In this document: one piece after another, positions 35,238 through 45,556 of the stretch
Layout: every line of letters starts with the position of its first letter
Position numbering within the stretch: position 1 is the first letter of the stretch
Assembly: GCA_036652815.1 (NCBI GenBank)
Contig: JAVVVE010000006.1
Coordinates: 11,405 to 75,404, forward strand
Length of the DNA stretch: 64,000 nucleotides
Direction of reading: 5' to 3'
Origin: Lachnospiraceae bacterium
Lineage (GTDB): Bacteria > Bacillota > Clostridia > Lachnospirales > Lachnospiraceae
Notes under the pieces: model-generated
Seen by the model: only the letters and a program-made list of their open reading frames with translations
Told to the model about the DNA's origin: nothing
The model's database searches: none
Translations under genes and position numbers: made by a program

Positions 35238-35450
35238 TAGAAGATCCTGTAAAGCCTGCAAACCCTCTGCCTGCATCGCTTCTTGATTGGCTTCCTGTAT
35301 CTGCAGATAGACTTCTTTGCGGTATACCGGTATCTCTTTCGGTGCACTAATCCCGATCTTGACCTGCTCGCCTTTGATCTCTAAAATAGTGATCTCTATA
35401 TTATTGTTGATGACAAGTGCTTCGTTTTTCTTCCTGGATAATGCTAACAT
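35235..35450 (-). CDS. csrA: Carbon storage regulator CsrA (flagellin translation repressor)
   Basis: 71 aa from the ATG at 35448-35450: MLALSRKKNEALVINNNIEITILEIKGEQVKIGISAPKEIPVYRKEVY. The ORF-track N-terminal extension overlaps fliW and is discarded. Confidence 0.9.
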   Translation of the reverse strand: MLALSRKKNEALVINNNIEITILEIKGEQVKIGISAPKEIPVYRKEVYLQIQEANQEAMQAEGLQALQDLL

Positions 35451-35451
35451 G

Positions 35452-35913
35452 TCATTCACCTGCCTTCTTCGCTGCCTGTAAGATGTCATAGATAGGGAAA
35501 CGTACTTGATACTGTTCTCCTTCAGCGATGACCTGGCAAGCATGCCTGTTTGCTCCGTTGATGATAAAAGGTGCCCGTAGGTTGACCGACATCTTCTTGA
35601 TATCAGCCGGGACGGTAATGGTCACTAAGACCAGCATCTCTTCCGGATGCATGGTGCCAAGCGGTCGTAATAATTCATCGTCCACCTCCGGATTGTAATC
35701 TCCTATGACATCCAGAGGATCCATAACCGGCATCGCAAACGCAGGCTCCTGTATCGATTGCATCCAGCGGATACCGGCTCGTTTTCCACTCGTGTCATCA
35801 TGTAGTAATGCAAACTCTGTTAATTCGGGAAATCCGACGATACCATTCCCGAATCTGATAATCCTGTCCTCATCAATCTCGACTTCTCCAAATACTTTTG
35901 TGTTTATATGCAT
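35452..35913 (-). CDS. fliW: Flagellar assembly factor FliW (CsrA antagonist)
   Basis: 153 aa. Has TKVFGEVEIDEDRIIRFGNGIVGFPE...NLRAPFIIN, typical of FliW. Its stop lies 1 nt before the csrA ATG. Confidence 0.9.
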   Translation of the reverse strand: MHINTKVFGEVEIDEDRIIRFGNGIVGFPELTEFALLHDDTSGKRAGIRWMQSIQEPAFAMPVMDPLDVIGDYNPEVDDELLRPLGTMHPEEMLVLVTITVPADIKKMSVNLRAPFIINGANRHACQVIAEGEQYQVRFPIYDILQAAKKAGE

Positions 35914-35938
35914 CTTTTTAACCTGTCCTTTCTTAATA

Positions 35939-37528
35939 TTAGATAAAATCCATCAAGGAATTTTGTATAATCTTACCGGTAGCCATCAATGCTGCATTGT
36001 AGGACATCGTAGCACTCTCCAGTTCTACTGCCACTTCTGTGATCTCGATGCCTTCATTGGAGGCCGTCAGTTCTTTAAAGTTAGACTGTTGTTCCTGTAA
36101 GCGGTTCTTCACGAGATCCAATCTGGCTCCCCTGCTGCCGATGTTAGTCTCAGCCAGCGTCGTTCTGCCCTGGTATGCTTTCATCGCAGTCATACCGGCC
36201 GAATAGAGTTTACGTTCTTTCTCTATGAGTAAGGTATGTGCTTTATTGGCTGCATCCAATCTGGCTTCTACTTGGACTTGGTCATATTTTGTATTCCCCT
36301 TCATCGATGTTAATCTCTTAATCGCCGCTTCCATATCGAGCACTGCCTGTGAAGCATTCAGTAGTTCATCGACATCCCTGCCGATATCATGCGTAAAACA
36401 TTCACTCGCCAACGTATTGACTTGTATCGTCTGGTTAAAGCCTACGGTGTAGGAGATGATCTGTTTGCCATCATCTTGTACATTTCCCTTGAGATAATCA
36501 TCGTTGTATCGAACTTCTTTGGGTGCCCCCGGTGTTGGCGGTACGGTGGCCGGATTCTTCTGACAGTTAAAATAATGTTCCGGTCTTAAATCTCCTTTAT
36601 CCCACTGTTCTTTCTCGTAAGACGCTGTGAGTTCTGTATCTGCAGGTAAGGATTGAATCGCCGCAGTCACTCGACTGCCAAGAAGCATCTCTCCTGTTTC
36701 CGGCACAAAAATAACCGTATCTTCATTCCCCGGTGCATTGATCTGTTCATATGGACTGGGAAGTGTGGTAGATGACATCGGTACAATCTTGACATTGGCA
36801 CCTCCCACTTGCAGTGGTGCATAAGTCTTTGTCCCATCCGGTGCAACCGTTGCCACCATAAGTGCCGGATTGGGTGTTGCCGCCGTAGCTTGTGACAGGG
36901 TATCGTAAGACAGTCGGATTCGATTGACTTCACTCTCCTGGACTCCTTGCTCGGTCGTTGCACCCGGTGTATTGAAATTGCCCTCATTCACATTGGCAAG
37001 ACTACCTGTATTTACATATTTAATCGTACTGATTGACTTTGGATTCAGTTGTTCCGTAATCCGGTATGGGACTTTTTCATTTGTCTGAAATAATAATTTG
37101 GATTCGGTTCTAAAGCCCGTAAAGATGCTTCTTCCTTCGTAATCTGCATCCCCTGTTGCATAGACTTCATCTCTAAGAGCTTTGAGATCTTTAAGAATCG
37201 CAGCTCTGTTTTCAGAATTAAGCGCATCATCCGAACCTTTTTGGCATTGTTTATACATATTCGACAAAACATCAGCCACTGTGTCTACTGCATCTTCTGT
37301 TACCTTCATCCAGCTCTGTGCATCCGGTACATTCTTCTCGTAATATTGTGTAATCTCTGCTAAATTGGTACGTAGTCTCAATGCTCTGATCGCGATGACC
37401 GGATCGTCTGACGGTCTGCTGATCTTACGCTGTGTGGACATCTGTGTATTTAATTTATCCTGTAGCAGCTTATTGTTGTTAATATTGGTAACGGAATTGC
37501 TCTGCATAATCTTATTGGTAATACGCAT
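35939..37528 (-). CDS. flgL: Flagellar hook-filament junction protein FlgL (hook-associated protein 3)
   Basis: 529 aa. Has a flagellin-like N-terminus (MRITNKIMQSNSVTNINNNK...ISRPSDDPV) and a matching C-terminus. It follows flgK as in Bacillus. Confidence 0.85.
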   Translation of the reverse strand: MRITNKIMQSNSVTNINNNKLLQDKLNTQMSTQRKISRPSDDPVIAIRALRLRTNLAEITQYYEKNVPDAQSWMKVTEDAVDTVADVLSNMYKQCQKGSDDALNSENRAAILKDLKALRDEVYATGDADYEGRSIFTGFRTESKLLFQTNEKVPYRITEQLNPKSISTIKYVNTGSLANVNEGNFNTPGATTEQGVQESEVNRIRLSYDTLSQATAATPNPALMVATVAPDGTKTYAPLQVGGANVKIVPMSSTTLPSPYEQINAPGNEDTVIFVPETGEMLLGSRVTAAIQSLPADTELTASYEKEQWDKGDLRPEHYFNCQKNPATVPPTPGAPKEVRYNDDYLKGNVQDDGKQIISYTVGFNQTIQVNTLASECFTHDIGRDVDELLNASQAVLDMEAAIKRLTSMKGNTKYDQVQVEARLDAANKAHTLLIEKERKLYSAGMTAMKAYQGRTTLAETNIGSRGARLDLVKNRLQEQQSNFKELTASNEGIEITEVAVELESATMSYNAALMATGKIIQNSLMDFI

Positions 37529-37546
37529 ATCTGTCCCTCCTTAGGA

Positions 37547-39478
37547 TTATACACCGGTTTGTAGGATTAATCTGTCATAGACTTCTGTGAGTGTCTGTAT
37601 CATCTTGGATGCTAAGGTGTATGAATTCTGATATTTCACCAGATTGATGGCTTCTTCATCCTTATCTACGCCGGATACCGATAATCTCTGTATATCTATC
37701 GTCTTTGTGATACTGTTATAGTTACTGTAAAAAGTATTGGCATTCTCTGCATTTAAAGATACATCCGCTAAGATCGTATGTAAGAATGTACTGGCAGAAC
37801 CACCGCGAAAATTCATTTTTTTGGTGTTCGTCTTTAAATCAATCAAATCGTCTAAAATATCGCTCTTGTCTGCTCCCGAGTCTTCTCCTGTCCCTTGATT
37901 GGTATGCGTAGCAAGCTTATTAGGATCTTTTAGCATCTCAGCAGAGATATCAAAATTATGTGCCGTAAGGCGATAATAGCTGTCATCTTTGGAACTGACT
38001 GTATACTTTTTACCAAGATTCGCCGGATCTTCCGGATCATAGGAAGTCGTAAAGCCGAACTGTTTGCTGTCCGTTGCATGATTTCCTGTAAAACAATTTG
38101 ATGCCGGATCTCCATTTCCGTCTACGGAGTTCTCCTGTGTCAGCAGTTTATTGAATTCTGCGGAGAATCCACGCACCCATTCATTCATCTGTTGCATATA
38201 ATAAGGGATCCCCTGATATTTGATGCTGTCTCCGATGCTCGCTTCCTTGCCGGCTTCTGCGGCACTGACCTTAGTCTTATTGGTATCGCTTAGGACAAAG
38301 GTGTAAGAATAAGTCGGCGGGGTTTTCGTTGTATCTGCCGTATAGGACCAGCTGTCATAGTGATAGAGTTGATTCCCTAAATTAATCACTCCGCCACCGG
38401 TCGGCAAGGTGGATTTATCAAGATCTTTCAGATGGCCTGCTGTGACATCGATGGAAACGGTCTGTTTTCCATTGTCAGGACTGGCTGCGTCGTTAATCGT
38501 ATTTACCGCTCCTATAAGTCCTTGAAAGTTGACACCGTTATTGCCATCACGCAATTCCAGCAACGCTTTTAATTCACCGCCCAGATTGTCACTGTACATA
38601 CCAAAATTAGAACCGTTTTCCCATTTTACATCATAAAGTCCATCAACATCACTCTGGTTGACTTTCTCATGAGCAGCACGTGCAACACATTTGAGTGTAT
38701 TGTATTCACCGGTATCCACCAGCTCCTGTCCGCCTGCGATTCTGACAACAAACGTATTGGCTCCCGTGACTCTCGTGGGATCGTTGGTGTCATGTATCGG
38801 TGTCTCTGTCGTAGAGATATCTACGATAGCAGACAGTTGGTCTACCAGAACCGTTCTGCGGTCACGTAGTTCATTGGCTATCGTTCCTTTTAATTCAATG
38901 GAGTTAATCTGTTTATTCAAAGAAGCGATCTCTTCTGCCAATGCATTGATCTGGTCTGTTTTTACCTTAATCTCGGCGTTGGCATCTTTTTGTGATTTTT
39001 CAAGATTACCTGAAAGATTATTAAAATAGTCTGTCAGGCTCTGTGCTTTTCCGAGGAATTGCGTCTTCAAGGTCACGTCGCCCGGAGAGTTCTTAAGGGA
39101 AGCGAGTGCATCATACATCTCTGAAAATATAGTTGCAAAGCCTTTCATCGTCTTTCCGTCATCTTTGAAGTAATTCTCGATCTGCTTCATATAATATTGT
39201 TTTTTATCATATTCTCCTGCATTGGTATTACTGGTCTGATATTTCACATCATAGAACTGGTCACGCATACGTTCTACCGCTATCGTATCGACTCCTGCCC
39301 CTGCACAGCCATAGGTCGAGAAGGTACGTAAAGCGTCCATCGCCTGTTGGGATACCTGTTGTCTGCTGTAGCCTTTGGTCTCGATATTGGAGATGTTGTT
39401 TCCGGTCGTATTCAAGCCGACATTCGATGCTGTTAATCCACTGTATGCTATATTTAACCCAAAAAATTGTGATGGCAT
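37547..39478 (-). CDS. FlgK-family hook-associated protein 1, second paralogue
   Basis: 643 aa. N-terminus: GLNIAYSGLTASNVGLNTTGNNISNIETKGYSRQQV. C-terminus: SGVDKDEEAINLVKYQNSYTLASKMI. Both are FlgK/rod-family terminal signatures. Confidence 0.85.
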   Translation of the reverse strand: MPSQFFGLNIAYSGLTASNVGLNTTGNNISNIETKGYSRQQVSQQAMDALRTFSTYGCAGAGVDTIAVERMRDQFYDVKYQTSNTNAGEYDKKQYYMKQIENYFKDDGKTMKGFATIFSEMYDALASLKNSPGDVTLKTQFLGKAQSLTDYFNNLSGNLEKSQKDANAEIKVKTDQINALAEEIASLNKQINSIELKGTIANELRDRRTVLVDQLSAIVDISTTETPIHDTNDPTRVTGANTFVVRIAGGQELVDTGEYNTLKCVARAAHEKVNQSDVDGLYDVKWENGSNFGMYSDNLGGELKALLELRDGNNGVNFQGLIGAVNTINDAASPDNGKQTVSIDVTAGHLKDLDKSTLPTGGGVINLGNQLYHYDSWSYTADTTKTPPTYSYTFVLSDTNKTKVSAAEAGKEASIGDSIKYQGIPYYMQQMNEWVRGFSAEFNKLLTQENSVDGNGDPASNCFTGNHATDSKQFGFTTSYDPEDPANLGKKYTVSSKDDSYYRLTAHNFDISAEMLKDPNKLATHTNQGTGEDSGADKSDILDDLIDLKTNTKKMNFRGGSASTFLHTILADVSLNAENANTFYSNYNSITKTIDIQRLSVSGVDKDEEAINLVKYQNSYTLASKMIQTLTEVYDRLILQTGV

Positions 39479-39511
39479 ATGCTCACCTCTTCTATTTTTC
39501 TATTCTTCTAT

Positions 39512-41194
39512 TTATCTGCCAAGGGTATTGATGATGTGTTCTAACATCTCGCTGATGACATTGATATAACGGCTGGATGCATTGTATGCATTTTGAAACT
39601 TAACCATATTCGTCATCTCTTCGTCATTTGACACTCCCATAATCTGTTGTCTTGCATTCTCAATGGCACTAACGGTAGCTTCTTGATTCAAAGTGATGTC
39701 TCTGAATACCATGCCTGAATTACCCACCTGAGATACCAAATCCGAATAATAATCTGTAAAATTATTTTTTTTCTTGACGTTAGGATTTAACGAATAAGAT
39801 TCTTCTTCAAAGATTGCCGCAAGTCGGTCGATGGTGGCTTGATCTACGCTGTCTTCGCCTTTCATAAAGCTAAGCAGTGACGGATTCTGCATCAGCTCCG
39901 GATTAATCTGTAGATTTGTGATGGTGTAGAGATTCGCAGTATCTTTGGCATTCGGTAAAGCAGGTGGTGTAAATTCCGGTATGTAATTGCCTGCTGCATC
40001 GTAGCCATTGGTAGATTTCTTTTGAAATATCTGGAGTGGATTGCCATCTGCACCACGTAGATACTTAGAGCCCGGATCTCTGGTGCTTTCTTCAATCGCT
40101 GCATTTCTGATCACTTCATTTATTTTAGTCGTTACATTATGAATCAGTTGGTCAAATTCCGCCTGTACATTCATCACGATGGATTGTGAGATATTCTTAT
40201 TATAATGATCTGTATCTGCGATATCAGCATAATTCGCATGATGATCGCCTCTGGATAAAACAAGAGATTTGAGTTTTCCGATATCGGTATCCAGATCAGA
40301 AGAGACGGTCTGTGTCAGATCAAACACTTTGCCTCCATCCTCTAGGCTATATTGTTTGGAGCCATCCTGGTTTAGGGTATAGCTGGCACGATGTGGCCAA
40401 AAAGGAGTATAGAATCCCGTCGTCTCATCCATATCGGCACCCATCTCATAGATTCTGTCTCCCGATACGAAAGGTTCTCCTTCGATGCTGACCATCATCG
40501 AACCAAATTGGTCTTCTTCATATTCTATATTAGCCAGTCCACTTAACTCATCCAACAGTTGATTCCTGGCATCGATCAGGTCATTGGGGCTTTCCACGCC
40601 CGCTTGAACCAGAACTATCTGCTCATTTAATTTTTTAATCCGTTGTCCATAATCATTGATGGTATTGACTGTTTGTTTGACTTGCAGATTCAAGTTGTCC
40701 TGATAATCTGTGAGTCCTTTATAGACAGCACTTGCTCTTCTGATAAAAGCATCTGCCCTCTGCATCAGGGTATCTCTTCTAACCGGATCTGTAGGGGATT
40801 TGACCAGTTCAGAGACAGATTCTTTGAGTCCTGACAATGATTCTCCAAATGCTTTGCCATACATCTCGCCCATCAGGGTCTCCACTTCACTCATAGAGGT
40901 GGTAGAGGTCGCATAGAACTGACTCCTGCCTGCTTCTTTTCGATATGCCTGATCCAGAAAATAGTCTCTTACCTGTCTCGTCTTAGAATAATTAACGCCG
41001 AGTCCCACCTGTTGGTTGGAGACAGAGCGTGTATTGGTTGATATCCTATTATATTCTTTATTGCCCAATAATACCTGCTGCCTAACATAGCCTTTGGTAT
41101 CGATGTTAGTCATATTATGAGCGGTTGTATTCAAAGCGTTTTGGCTCGTCTGTAACCCAGAGGAACCGATGTATAAGCTTCCCATTAATGGCAT
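39512..41194 (-). CDS. flgK: Flagellar hook-associated protein 1 FlgK
   Basis: 560 aa. N-terminus: SLYIGSSGLQTSQNALNTTAHNMTNIDTKGYVRQQV. C-terminus: GVSNDEEMTNMVKFQNAYNASSRYI. Confidence 0.9.
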   Translation of the reverse strand: MPLMGSLYIGSSGLQTSQNALNTTAHNMTNIDTKGYVRQQVLLGNKEYNRISTNTRSVSNQQVGLGVNYSKTRQVRDYFLDQAYRKEAGRSQFYATSTTSMSEVETLMGEMYGKAFGESLSGLKESVSELVKSPTDPVRRDTLMQRADAFIRRASAVYKGLTDYQDNLNLQVKQTVNTINDYGQRIKKLNEQIVLVQAGVESPNDLIDARNQLLDELSGLANIEYEEDQFGSMMVSIEGEPFVSGDRIYEMGADMDETTGFYTPFWPHRASYTLNQDGSKQYSLEDGGKVFDLTQTVSSDLDTDIGKLKSLVLSRGDHHANYADIADTDHYNKNISQSIVMNVQAEFDQLIHNVTTKINEVIRNAAIEESTRDPGSKYLRGADGNPLQIFQKKSTNGYDAAGNYIPEFTPPALPNAKDTANLYTITNLQINPELMQNPSLLSFMKGEDSVDQATIDRLAAIFEEESYSLNPNVKKKNNFTDYYSDLVSQVGNSGMVFRDITLNQEATVSAIENARQQIMGVSNDEEMTNMVKFQNAYNASSRYINVISEMLEHIINTLGR

Positions 41195-41217
41195 GTTGTC
41201 ACCTCAAGTATTGTTGA

Positions 41218-41739
41218 TTATTGTTTGGCATCAAAACGTCCCGCTAAGACTTCTCCCATAACATCGCCTGCGTTAATCGCACTGCGATTGTAATTGGCTG
41301 TCTCAGGTGCCGTCCTTAATGCCTGCATGTAATTCAAATCAAATTCCACCAGCTCCAAGGCATTGGCAATCAAAGCACGATTCTGTTCATTCACATGCAC
41401 CATATGATTCATCGTATCGTGCAGTTTATCGTGTATCTCGGCTAATTGTCGTTGTTCTACCGGTCTGGCATCTAACATCTGAATTAGATGGCTCAGTGTT
41501 AATTCTTCAACATCCTTGTTGAGTACATTGGCGATATCCTTAATCGCAGTCATTCTCTTCTGCTCCAATGCCGTAATCCTGCTTACCACCGTCTGTTCCT
41601 CTTCGGTGAGCTTCTCTAGCTTAGTTAAATCTCCTTCTACGATAATAGAAGGCTTACGCATGGAAAGTTCCAGCAATATCTGATATTCTGAATTTTCTTG
41701 ATCCAATACGGTGATTAAGTCTTCCATTAAACTAGCCAT
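41218..41739 (-). CDS. flgN: FlgN-family flagellar export chaperone
   Basis: 173-aa helical protein (LITVLDQENSEYQILLELSMRK...) located between flgM and flgK, as in B. subtilis (yvyG). Confidence 0.75.
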   Translation of the reverse strand: MASLMEDLITVLDQENSEYQILLELSMRKPSIIVEGDLTKLEKLTEEEQTVVSRITALEQKRMTAIKDIANVLNKDVEELTLSHLIQMLDARPVEQRQLAEIHDKLHDTMNHMVHVNEQNRALIANALELVEFDLNYMQALRTAPETANYNRSAINAGDVMGEVLAGRFDAKQ

Positions 41740-41743
41740 TTCA

Positions 41744-42019
41744 TTACCTCATTTCGTTATACTTCTCTAACATTTTGTCTGCAAAGCTCTCACTGCTCAC
41801 ATTGTAAGTGCCATTCTGGATACTGGCTTTGATAGGAGCTGTGATATTTTGTCTTACATCGGGGCTGTTCGCAATCGCTTGTTTCGCAGTTTGGATATCC
41901 TTTCCCGCACTGGAAATCTGTAATTGATCCGCAAAGCCGGATTTGGATGTATTCTGTGCCTTGTTTGCACCCTTTTTATTGTACATTTGCTGTACTTGTG
42001 TATATGCTTCAATACGCAT
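41744..42019 (-). CDS. flgM: Anti-sigma-28 factor FlgM
   Basis: 91 aa. The C-terminal PIKASIQNGTYNVSSESFADKMLE is FlgM-like, and it is the first gene of the flgM-flgN-flgK block. Confidence 0.8.
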   Translation of the reverse strand: MRIEAYTQVQQMYNKKGANKAQNTSKSGFADQLQISSAGKDIQTAKQAIANSPDVRQNITAPIKASIQNGTYNVSSESFADKMLEKYNEMR

Positions 42020-42061
42020 AATAGACTCCTCCTTCCGTGGATATTCTATTTGTCATATTAT

Positions 42062-42088
42062 GTATCGGTCTTTTCCATCAATACTTAA
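42062..42088 (-). promoter_or_regulatory. Candidate sigma-28-type promoter upstream of flgM
   Basis: The minus strand reads TTAA-N15-ACCGATAC, matching 3/4 and 6/8 of the TAAA-N15-GCCGATAT consensus. It lies about 40 nt upstream of the flgM ATG. This match is weaker than the other two. Confidence 0.4.
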
Positions 42089-42107
42089 TAGATTTTTTAA
42101 AAAAATT

Positions 42108-42133
42108 AAAAGCCACCCTTTTGGATGGCTTTT
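42108..42133 (-). terminator. Rho-independent terminator after the glutamine synthetase gene
   Basis: On the minus strand: AAAAGCCAUCC-AAAA-GGGUGGCUUUU, with one G.U pair, followed by AAUUUUUUU. It lies 17 nt downstream of the stop at 42150. Confidence 0.7.
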
Positions 42134-42149
42134 GTCAATATTTTTTTCC

Positions 42150-44267
42150 TCAGACTTCAAATAATAGATCTGCATAGGTAGGCATAGGCCAATCATCTTT
42201 GGATACGAGCATCTCCAATTGATCAATCGGGATACGAAGTGCATCCATAGCCACTTTGACCGTATCCTTATAGTAATTGGCTTTGGCTTTGCCATCCGGC
42301 ATAGCACGAGCAGCTTGTTCCGATATCGTCAGCTGCGTCAGTGCACACTTAGCAGCCTTTAAATGTTGGGTAACTTCTCCGAGTAATTCTGTCTGTACCT
42401 GAGCATCTGCTCCGGCCTCTTTCACAGCTATTACGGTATCTGCCAGAGTCTTTGTATATTTGACCACAGCAGGCAGGATCTGTTTCGACGCCATATCGAT
42501 CATCGTTAAGGATTCGATATTGATGGTTTTTGCATAGGTCTCATATAAGATTTCCTCTCGAGATTCCAATTCTACCTTCGTAAAGATACCGAATTTTTCA
42601 AAAAGATGTATCGTCTTATCCGTTGTCAGAGTCTCTACTGCATCTACCATAGAGGTGATATTAGGGAGTCCTCGTCTAGCAGCTTCTTCTACCCATGCCT
42701 TGGAATAACCGTCTCCGTTAAAGATAATGCGCTGATGCTCTGACATATATTCTTTGATCAAATCATGCACTGCGATATCAAAATCCTCCGCCTGTTCCAA
42801 GATATCGGCTGCTTCGCAGAAGGCCTCGGCTACAATCGCATTTAAGATCGTATTGGGGCTGCCAATGGAATCCTCTGAGCCCACCATACGGAACTCAAAC
42901 TTATTCCCTGTAAATGCAAACGGCGAAGTTCGATTGCGGTCTGTCGCATCTTTCTCAAAATCAGGGAGCGTCGAGACACCTGTCTCCATGATACCGCCAC
43001 CTTTGCAGGTTGCTGCAATCCCTGTTTCAACCAGTTGTTTTACAACATCCTCCAATTGCTCTCCTAAGAACATGGATATAATAGCAGGTGGTGCTTCATC
43101 TGCACCCAGACGCAAGTCATTGCCTACATTAGAAGCACTCTGTCTTAATAAATCTGCATGGATATCAACCGCTTTCATGATGCAGGCAAGCACCAGTAAG
43201 AATTGGATGTTTTCATTTGGGGTATCTCCCGGTTCTAACATGTTATAGCCATTGTCTGTTGTAATAGACCAGTTATTATGCTTTCCCGAGCCATTGACTC
43301 CGGCAAAAGGTTTCTCATGCAACAGGCAACGCAAACCATGGTTGGCAGCGACTCTCTTCATCGTTTCCATCACTAATTGGTTATGGTCAACCGCTATGTT
43401 GGCAGATTCGTAGATAGACGCCAGCTCATGCTGTGCCGGTGCCGCTTCATTATGCTGCGTCTTTGCCGTTACTCCAAGCTTCCACAGTTCTATATTCAGT
43501 TCTTTCATATAAGCACCGATACGTTCTCTGATTACGCCAAAGTAATGATCGTCCATCTCCTGTCCCTTGGGTGCCGGTGCGCCAAATAAAGTTCTTCCGG
43601 AGAACAGAATGTCCTCCCTCATCAGTGCTTTATTGTGATCGACCAGAAAATATTCCTGTTCTGCACCCACCGAAGCCGATACTTTCACAGCGGCGGTATT
43701 GCCAAACAGATGAACGATACGCAGTGCCTGCTCACTCAATGCCTCCATCGAGCGAAGCAATGGTGTCTTTTTATCTAATGCCTCTCCTTTATAAGAGCAA
43801 AAAGCAGTCGGGATACAGAGGGTCGGTCCTGTTGCTGATTGTTTGATAAATGCAGGTGATGTAATGTCCCATGCCGTATAGCCTCTGGCTTCAAAGGTAG
43901 CTCGTAAGCCGCCTGATGGGAAAGAGGACGCATCCGGTTCGCCTTTGATGAGTTCCTTACCGGAAAACTCCATGAGCATCTTGCCGTCTTCGTCCGGCTG
44001 TGTGACAAAAGAATCATGTTTTTCAGCCGTAATACCGGTCAGCGGCTGAAACCAATGTGTGTAATGGGTACTGCCTTTTTCGACTGCCCAGTCTTTCATG
44101 GCTTTCGCCACAACATCCGCTGTTGAGGGAGATAATTCTCCGCCATTGTCCATGACATTTTTTACTTCTAGGAATATCTTCTTGGGCAAACGTTCTTTCA
44201 TCGTTCCCAGTGTAAATACATTCTCACCAAAAATAGTCTCTACATTCACAGTTTCATTTTCTCTCAT
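42150..44267 (-). CDS. glnN: Type III glutamine synthetase (GlnN)
   Basis: 705 aa, the length class of GS type III. The N-terminal FGENVF...[24 protein letters not shown] and the central catalytic region are typical of GSIII from Bacteroides and Clostridia. Confidence 0.9.
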   Translation of the reverse strand: MRENETVNVETIFGENVFTLGTMKERLPKKIFLEVKNVMDNGGELSPSTADVVAKAMKDWAVEKGSTHYTHWFQPLTGITAEKHDSFVTQPDEDGKMLMEFSGKELIKGEPDASSFPSGGLRATFEARGYTAWDITSPAFIKQSATGPTLCIPTAFCSYKGEALDKKTPLLRSMEALSEQALRIVHLFGNTAAVKVSASVGAEQEYFLVDHNKALMREDILFSGRTLFGAPAPKGQEMDDHYFGVIRERIGAYMKELNIELWKLGVTAKTQHNEAAPAQHELASIYESANIAVDHNQLVMETMKRVAANHGLRCLLHEKPFAGVNGSGKHNNWSITTDNGYNMLEPGDTPNENIQFLLVLACIMKAVDIHADLLRQSASNVGNDLRLGADEAPPAIISMFLGEQLEDVVKQLVETGIAATCKGGGIMETGVSTLPDFEKDATDRNRTSPFAFTGNKFEFRMVGSEDSIGSPNTILNAIVAEAFCEAADILEQAEDFDIAVHDLIKEYMSEHQRIIFNGDGYSKAWVEEAARRGLPNITSMVDAVETLTTDKTIHLFEKFGIFTKVELESREEILYETYAKTINIESLTMIDMASKQILPAVVKYTKTLADTVIAVKEAGADAQVQTELLGEVTQHLKAAKCALTQLTISEQAARAMPDGKAKANYYKDTVKVAMDALRIPIDQLEMLVSKDDWPMPTYADLLFEV

Positions 44268-44273
44268 CCCTTA

Positions 44274-45521
44274 TTACTCCTCTGCACTAATTTTAACTCT
44301 TAAGATATCATATCGTTGTGGTACAAGACTTAATCGAACCTGCAGCACCTGTTGTGCATGTGGCGCACTGTCTACCGGCTGATGTTCTTCGTCGTACATC
44401 GCCTGCACTGTTACTGTCAGATTATTTCCCTGTGGCTGCATAATCTCTATCTCATCACCTACGGAAAATTTATTGCGCTGCTCTATCACAGCCAGTCCTT
44501 CTTCTGTCACTTCGTTTACAATACCCAGGTATCTGTATTCATTGACATAGGTGCTCTCATCATAGATCTGTGTCGTCTCATCCGGTTTTCCAAAGTAAAA
44601 TCCCGTAGTAAACTGCCTATAAGTGCACTTGGATATCTCTGCACGATAAACAGGCAGATTATCTTGATATTTCTTGGGAGACTCGCTATAATCATCGATT
44701 GCCTGACGGTAGGTTCTGGCAACGGTCGCAACATAGAGAGCCGTCTTCATACGCCCCTCTATCTTAAAGCTATTAATCCCGGCATCTATTAATGCGGGAA
44801 TATGTTCAATCATGCACAGGTCTTTGGAGTTAAAGATATAAGTGCCTCTTTCATTCTCATAAACAGGCATATATTCTCCCGGTCTGGTCTCCTCCACGAG
44901 TGCGTATTTCCATCTGCATGGATGGGTGCAGGCACCCTGATTGGCATCTCGTCCCACCAGGTAATTACTCAGCAGACATCTCCCCGAATAAGAGATGCAC
45001 ATAGCCCCATGCACGAAACTCTCGATCTCCATCTCCGCCGGAATATGTGCACGGATTTCTTTGATTTCTTCCAGGGATAGTTCTCTTGCAGACACGACTC
45101 TGGTAGCTCCCATCTGTTTCCAGAACAGATAGGTCTGGTAATTGGTATTATTGGCCTGTGTGCTGATATGGATGTCAATCTCCCCACATACTTCCCTGGC
45201 GATCATGAATAACCCCGGGTCTGAGATAATCAGTGCATCCGGAGACATCTCTTTTAATTCTTCAAAATAGCTTCTTGCCCCTTCCAAATCATCATTATGG
45301 GCAATAATATTGGCTGTAATATAGACTTTTACATGATGGTCATGTGCAAACTCGATCCCTGTTCTCATATCTTCTTTAGAGAAATTCTTAGCTTTGGCAC
45401 GGAGTCCATAGGCTTCGCCTCCAATGTAAACTGCATCTGCTCCAAATATAACTGCTGTTTTTAATACTTCTAAGCTGCTGGCCGGGATTAATAGCTCCGG
45501 TGCTCTTCTCTGCTCTTGCAT
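44274..45521 (-). CDS. Peptidase U32 family protein (PrtC/TrhP-like)
   Basis: 415 aa. Has PELLIPASSLEVLKTAVIFGADAVYIGG...RAKAKNF and the conserved Cys-rich core (HGAMCISYSGRCLLS), typical of U32 proteins. Confidence 0.9.
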   Translation of the reverse strand: MQEQRRAPELLIPASSLEVLKTAVIFGADAVYIGGEAYGLRAKAKNFSKEDMRTGIEFAHDHHVKVYITANIIAHNDDLEGARSYFEELKEMSPDALIISDPGLFMIAREVCGEIDIHISTQANNTNYQTYLFWKQMGATRVVSARELSLEEIKEIRAHIPAEMEIESFVHGAMCISYSGRCLLSNYLVGRDANQGACTHPCRWKYALVEETRPGEYMPVYENERGTYIFNSKDLCMIEHIPALIDAGINSFKIEGRMKTALYVATVARTYRQAIDDYSESPKKYQDNLPVYRAEISKCTYRQFTTGFYFGKPDETTQIYDESTYVNEYRYLGIVNEVTEEGLAVIEQRNKFSVGDEIEIMQPQGNNLTVTVQAMYDEEHQPVDSAPHAQQVLQVRLSLVPQRYDILRVKISAEE

Positions 45522-45556
45522 GTGATACTCTCCATTGGTCTGTCTGTTGTTTTGTT

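Noticed and set aside
35451-35543. N-terminal extension of the csrA ORF (102 aa in the track), overlapping the end of fliW.
   Set aside because: CsrA proteins are about 70-75 aa. The conserved MLALSRK start is at the ATG at 35448-35450, right after the fliW stop, and the extension has no CsrA-like sequence.
36667-37272. Same-strand internal ORFs 36667-36987 (106 aa) and 37045-37272 (75 aa) within flgL. Similar ones occur within flgK (37930-38115, 39892-40104).
   Set aside because: They are out-of-frame ORFs nested inside well-supported flagellar genes, with Arg/His/Cys-rich implausible translations.
42053-42307. 84-aa minus-strand ORF spanning the glnN 3' end and its terminator.
   Set aside because: It overlaps the GSIII coding end in another frame and runs through the terminator hairpin, so it is not credible.
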